From positions 124,001-188,000 of the forward strand of contig OZ251235.1 in the NCBI GenBank assembly GCA_965240325.2: 64,000 nucleotides of DNA. The letters are read 5' to 3'. Below the pieces are notes generated by a model. That model made no database searches and was not told the origin of the DNA. It saw only the letters and a program-made list of their open reading frames with translations. A program made the translations under genes and the position numbers. Shown in pieces: positions 58,279-64,000 of this stretch; position 1 is the stretch's first letter, and each line of letters begins with the position of its first letter. This DNA comes from Rebecca billardiae RCC1528 (lineage: Eukaryota > Protista > Haptophyta).

Positions 58279-58493
58279 TACTACTCGTCGTGATGGGAGT
58301 ATAGATGATGAATGAGTAGATCAGTCGTATATTTGTGCGCTGCGGTACGACGTGTATATATATATAGAGAGAGAGAGAGTCGCACGTCGCGTCGCGCATA
58401 CGACTACGCTACGCATGCGTGCTACTCACTATGACACTAAGTCTAACTCACGTCGCGCATACGACCACGCCCTCCTGCGCGCCGCGCGCTCTG

Positions 58494-61278
58494 TCAGCGT
58501 CGGCGACCGATCCGGCAGTAGCGGTTGTAGCCGGACGCGTACGCGAGGAGCACGGGCATCAGGATGAGGCCGTGTGCCATCCCAAACACCACCGTCATGC
58601 TGAGCATCTTGAAGAAGGTGCGGAAGGCGACGGAGGAGGAGAAGGCGATCACGAGCACGCCGAGGAACGTGGTGAAGCCGCCCTTCAGCACCGACGTGCC
58701 CATCGTGCCCAGCGCCTCGATGGCGCACTCGCGCGGGTCGACGTGCTCGTCGTCGCCCTCCTCGGCCGCCTCGCGCGCGCGCCGCGCGTACACGTCGGCA
58801 AACGTGTGCGCGATGTGCACGCAGTAGTCGACGGAGAGGCCGATCGCCATCACGAGCAGCACGAAGGAGACGGTGGCGAGCGAGATGTCCAGCGGCACCA
58901 TCATCCCGAGCAGGTCGAGGTCGATCAGCGCGACGCAGAAGGTGATCCAGAACGCGATGATCGGCGGCGTGAAGAGCAGCGTGAGCAGGAAGACCGCGAC
59001 CAGCGCAAACCCCATGTTGGTCAGCGTCAGCTCCCAGATCTTGCCGTCGAGCTCGGCGAAGAGAAAGTCGTTCGCGTTGGCAAACACGTGGGCCACCCCC
59101 TCGGCGCGCAGGGTGTCCTCGAGCTCCTGCCGCCGGCGGAGCGACTCGATGGTCACGCCGGTGCCCTTGCTGTAGATGCCGACATACCGTGTCGGGTTTG
59201 GCTGCTTGCAGATCTTGCCGCCCGGCGGCGTGCACGCCATGTACTCCTGCCACTCTGTGTGCGCGTCGTTGCGCAGGAAGGCGTCGAGCTCGTACGTGTA
59301 CGTGAAGTCGTCGGCGTGCCAGTCGTGGCCCTTCTTGGCGAGGTAGCCCTCGTACGCGCCCATCCACGACGGCTCGATGTAGATGACCCACGACAGCCGC
59401 TGCGCGGCCTTGAGCGCGCGGTGCACCGAGAAGCGCACGCCCGCGTCGTTCAGGTCGGCGTCGGAGACGACGATGTCCATCGTGTTGTGCCGGCCGCCAA
59501 AGTCGTTGATCTCGGAGCGCAGCGCGGCCTGCACGTAGCTGTCGTCCGGCAGCACGTCTGAGTCAGGCTGGCCCAGCCGGATCGACGGGAGCGCAGCGGC
59601 CGCCAGCCCCGAGATGAGCGTGAACAGCAGCACGACGCCCACCGCCACCGCCGGCCTCATCAGCACGGTCGCGTAGTAGTCGCGGATCAGCCGCTGCGTG
59701 GTGGTGAGCTGCGCGGCGGCGGCTTGGCTCTTCTCGCGCTGCGCGACGGGGGGCAGCGTGATCTCGACCGTCTTGGCGCCGCCAGCCTTGCCGCTTTTCG
59801 ACGCGCCCGAGCCTACGCCCGCCTCGCCGCCCGCCGCGCCGCCCGATGCGCCGCGCTGCGCGCAGCTCGCCTCGGCGCACGGCAGCCAGCTGATGCGACG
59901 CGCCTGCAGCCGCCGCTCGTCGAGCACGACGAGCGCGAGGAAGAAGGAGAAGAGGACGAAGAACGCGCTGAAGAAGGCGAACGCGGCGTAGGTGCAGAAC
60001 ATGGTGACGGACGGCAGGTCGGTCGTCGTGCCCACGCCAAACGCGCACACCGCCGTCGCCGACGTGATCAGGATCGCCGGCCCCGAGTGGCGCAGCGAGC
60101 GGCCGAGCCGCTCCTCGACGGTCCCCGCCACCTCCTGGTTGAGGTAGTCCACGATGATGATCACAGAGTCCACCTGCGTGCCCAGCAGGATGAGCGGCAC
60201 GAGCGCGACGATCGAGACAAACTTGGTGCCCGAGAGCGCGGCGAGTCCAAACCCCGCAAAGAGCGCGAAGAGCACGTTCAGCACGGCGAAGAGGCCGAGC
60301 AGCACGCGCGAGCGGTGCAGCGACTTGAGAGGGCCGAGGGTGAGCGCGAGGTAGATCGTGATCACGATGATGCCCAGCCCGAACAGCGGCGCGTCGTCGG
60401 TGGTGAGCCGCTGCACCTCCTCGTCAAACGAGCGGTCGGAGAAGTGCGTGATCGTGAGGATCGAGCTGTCCACCTTGCGCGCGATCCGCTCGTTCCACGC
60501 CGCCTCGAACGCGTACGGGATGCCCGAGCTGGAGCGCGTGTAATAGGTGAGGACCACCGCCTTGCCGCCGCGCACCTTGCCGTTCTTGATCTCGGCCTTC
60601 CCGGTGAACGCCTCGACGGTTGCAAACTGGTGCCACGCGGTCAAGTCGTCGAGGATGTTGTCCTTGCGGTCCTTGAGCTTGTCGCGGTCGTAGTCCCACA
60701 GGCTGAGGAAGTTGCTCGACTGGCACTCGGTGGCCCTCGGCGCCTTCTTGCACACCTCGTTCCACCGGTGCTCCTTGCCGTCGATGAAGACCTTGCAGTG
60801 CTCGGTCGTCCAGAGGTGCGCCTTCATCAGCTGGTCGAGCACCTCGTACTCGAAGATGGAGCGGTCGGGGTCGGTCGCGCGCGCGTACAGGAGCAAATTC
60901 GCGCCCGGCTCGCCAAAGGTCTCCTCCACGGCGCGGTAGTTGATGTAGCCCGGCGAGGTGGTCGGGATCCAGCTGCGGGCGAGCGGGCCGCCGAGCGCAC
61001 GGGTGCGCGCCGATGCGCGCGTGAGTGGCGCGCTCGTGGCGCGTCCGCGCGCGTCGAATGCGCGGTGTACTCGCAGATCGCGCCGCGTGGCGCGCGCACA
61101 GGTAGGTGGACCGCGTCTCCTGCTCCATCGTCAGCATGCCAAAGGAGCATCCCGCGAGGACGAGGAGGGAGACGGCGATGACCTTCAACGGGTTGCGCGC
61201 AACCAGCGCGCCCCATTTCTCGAACCCCCCCTGGAGAGGGGCATCGATGAGCCGGTGGCGCAGCTCGTCAAGCCCCAT
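58494..61278 (-). CDS. Patched/NPC1-family (RND) sterol-sensing domain protein; exons 61278-61100, 60972-58494
   Basis: TM1 followed by YLWIP; SSD with LLGTQVDS, HSGPAILITSAT, TTDLPSVTMFC; second half with LPDDSY, AIGLSVDYCVHI, VLKGGFTTFLG, HGLILMPVLL. Confidence 0.92.
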
Positions 61279-61375
61279 GACCCCGTCGCGACGCCTCGTG
61301 CTTTGGCGGGTCACAACCGGGGGTTGGTGGGCACAATCATGACGAATCATCCTCTATGATTTGATGACACAGGTA

Positions 61376-62431
61376 GAGGCCGCTCGAGCGACTTCGTGTC
61401 AGGCGAGGCAGATCGCGCCAGTGCGAGGCGAGGCAGACGCTCGCCTGCCTCGCCCAGCAGGCGAGGCAGCTAAGCTAGTAAAGCCGCGGCCGAACTTTAC
61501 GAAAGCCAAATGTCTGCCGGTGCGCCGCCCGTCTTTTGCGCACGGTGACAAGGGCGCGCGAGGGCGCTTCCTCACGATCCCGAAGAGCGCTGCGCGCGGC
61601 GTCGCGTTGGCGGCGGCAGCGGCGCTGGGGTGTATCTTGCCCATTCTGCGTGGCGGTGCACGCTCATGACGCCTCGGCCGCCGCCACGCCATGCGCGACC
61701 GGGCGTGTCGCCTTCTTGACGGGCAGTGCACACGCCCTTGCAAGCGCACAGCCGTGAAGAGCCGAGAGCGTCCGTCGCGCGCACGCCGCCCACGCGGGAT
61801 GAGGTTTCAGGACTATTCGTATGACACTGAGCGATCGCGCTCTGGCATGTGCGAGCCGTGATGACCATGGGTAGCAACTACGATGACCACTGCTCACCTG
61901 CATTTCAGCCGATGACATCCTCTCGTTCAGCGATCTTGACTGCTCTGAACGCATGGCGAACTCGGCGGAGCGCATGGGGAAGGTGGCTTCGTTGATAACA
62001 CAAAGCATCCCGCGTGGGCGGCGTGCGCGCGACGGACGCTCTCGGCTCTTCACGGCTGTGCGCTTGCAAGGGCGTGTGCACTGCCCGTCAAGAAGGCGAC
62101 ACGCCCGGTCGCGCATGGCGTGGCGGCGGCCGAGGCGTCATGAGCGTGCACCGCCACGCAGAATGGGCAAGATACACCCCAGCGCCGCTGCCGCCGCCAA
62201 CGCGACGCCGCGCGCAGCGCTCTTCGGGATCGTGAGGAAGCGCCCTCGCGCGCCCTTGTCACCGTGCGCAAAAGACGGGCGGCGCACCGGCAGACATTTG
62301 GCTTTCGTAAAGTTCGGCCGCGGCTTTACTAGCTTAGCTGCCTCGCCTGCTGGGCGAGGCAGGCGAGCGTCTGCCTCGCCTCGCACTGGCGCGATCTGCC
62401 TCGCCTGACACGAAGTCGCTCGAGCGGCCTC
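61376..62431. mobile_element. Non-autonomous foldback/MULE-like DNA transposon: 426-bp inverted arms (61376-61801 / 62006-62431), 204-bp spacer, target-site duplication
   Basis: The arms are reverse complements, giving mirrored ORF translations in the track. AGGTA flanks both ends (61371-61375, 62432-62436), extendable to CAGGTAG if the termini are placed 1 nt inward. Confidence 0.88.
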
Positions 62432-62599
62432 AGGTAGGAAAGACATGGACGAACATTCGACAATGATTCATCGAACAATTCGAACCTATGATACAATACG
62501 GCTGACGACCGGCGACGACCGTGCTTGCCTGCTTGGTCGCTTTGAAGGTAAAATACTCGTTTGGTGCTTTGTCGCGTATTATACTGTCGCCTGCCTGAG

Positions 62600-63379
62600 C
62601 TGTGTGCGTCTCTTATTCTTAGTAAACTGTACATAAAACTGTGCCCTGGCGGGCGGGGGGGTCGGCGGGCCGTGCCAGTGCTGTCGCAATGTATCCTTTG
62701 CGGGTTCGCGTCTTTCCACATTTGCTCGTGGCCGTGGGTGACTGATCATTGACAGTCGAGTGCAAGGACCAGTGACACGTGAAGTTGGCTCCCCGACGTG
62801 ATGTTAGATGTACACACGTTTCACGGTCTGTACTCTTAGAGTATTGTATGCGCATCAGCGAGGCCCACACCCACGAGGGAATGTGCAGCACGCGGGGCGG
62901 GGCGGGTAGCCCGTTGCTCCGCGCGAGCGCGGGTACGCGCTGTATGTGCCGCATCTCGACCGCGATGGCGTAATCGAGCGCCTCGCCGCCGACGAAGCCG
63001 CCAGAGTAGATCATGTGCATGTCCTCCTGCCGCCAGCCGAGAGCGGTCGTCGCGAGGATGCTTGTCGATGTCGGCTCCAGGCATGATGGGCTCGGCGCAG
63101 GTCGCGTTGACGTCGTACACGGCCACCACGCTGAGCACGAGCGCGTTGACGTTCACGCGGTCGTCGCTCTTCGCATCTTCGACAGGTCTGGCGCTCGCGT
63201 GCTCGGCGGCACGAGGAGCTGTTGGTTGTGCGCGCGCGCGCGCACAGCGACAGCGTGTGCCACTCGCAATCGAGAGTGGGCAAGCGCTGCTCACGCGAGC
63301 ACACGAATCGCAGCGCATCCGTCACCGGCGTGACGACTTCCGCCTCGTCCCGCAGCGCCTGCGCCATGGACGAGGCCAT
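62600..63379 (-). pseudogene. Degenerate coding remnant, possibly Ulp1/SENP (C48) protease-like; apparent intron 63188-63245
   Basis: ATG at 63379 and a GT..AG intron, then frame-shifted fragments QEDMHMIYSGGFVGGEALDY, RVLHIPSWVWASL, CHWSL, IHCDS. No catalytic QxNxxDCG found. Confidence 0.35.
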
Positions 63380-64000
63380 GGCGCGGCGATGTTGCATGCT
63401 CGACGTTTCATCTCTCTGCGGATGGCATCACGGGCTTGTCTGTGTCGCGCTGCGGCGAGGGTCGCCAACTCGCGATGACACGGTTGCTGCCACGGCGACA
63501 GACCCGGGAGGTGCGTCCGCTGCGCGTCGTACGCCGTTGGCGCTGCGCTTCCGTCGCATTGGTCACCGTCGACGCCATGCAGGCCGGACGTGGGCTTCGG
63601 CCGAGGGACCGGACCGCGAGCAATGACTGAGTCCGGTGCGCGGATTCCGGCGATCGAGTTCAGAAGGCCGCACCAAATCTTGCGTCGCGTGCGATGGCGC
63701 TTCCCGCCCGCGAGACGCCTCGTGATGAGGGCTTTCTCGCACCGAGCCCGACGCGCGACGGTGGATCGCGCGAGGCGGTCATCGTGCGCAGCGCATGATG
63801 CTATGGCCGGTGCGAGCTTTCGACGTGCACGTCGGGCGAGGATCGCCCCAGGTCGCACGATCGTGTCGACGCGCCGAGCGTACCGCTCCAAACGCGTCGA
63901 TTTAGCCCCCGTTCGACCTGCACGCGAGACGACGAGGGCAGCAATCGCGAATCGGGCGAAAACACGTCTCGGGAGTCCTCGTGCGATGTCCGCGCCGGCG

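Noticed and set aside
61361-62446. Mirror-image ORF pairs as duplicated genes
   Set aside because: They are translations of the two inverted arms of the transposon.
1-64000. Very many long overlapping and antisense ORFs (e.g. 5290-8823 +, 7079-9445 +, 48251-50353 -)
   Set aside because: Expected from very high GC and codon bias, which make stop codons scarce. The products are R/A/G/P-rich shadows of real genes with no motifs.

Overview
This is GC-rich eukaryotic nuclear DNA with short spliceosomal introns (donors mostly GTGCGC, acceptors YAG, roughly 60-400 nt). An IFT gene, a bipartite plastid-targeted protein and the composition suggest a flagellated alga with a secondary plastid, possibly a haptophyte such as Pavlovales (inference only). 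About 23 genes can be supported. These include SLY1/SCFD1, a glomulin/ALF4-like protein, a fucosyltransferase-like protein, a bestrophin, a GARP/Myb factor, an ADC-lyase-like enzyme, ZRANB3, IFT25, a papain protease, a SET protein, PCCB, asparagine synthetase, a VIR3/M41-like protease, MRPL47, RPL32 and a Patched-family protein. Six gene pairs are arranged head-to-head across 110-300 bp. Four observations stand out. (1) A ~2600-aa receptor-like gene (3507-11854, minus) joins an FG-GAP beta-propeller, SPPP stalks around a SEA-like domain, an IPT/TIG domain, Cys-rich repeats, ~9 TM helices and a cytoplasmic TIR-like domain, and it carries two 1-nt frameshifts. (2) A rolling-stone/AIG1-family membrane protein appears circularly permuted. 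(3) A young foldback-type element with 426-bp inverted arms and a target-site duplication sits about 100 bp upstream of the Patched-like gene, next to a decayed Ulp1-like ORF. (4) A secreted His-rich protein may be a copper monooxygenase fused to LamG. Family calls come from motif recognition by eye; no searches were run.
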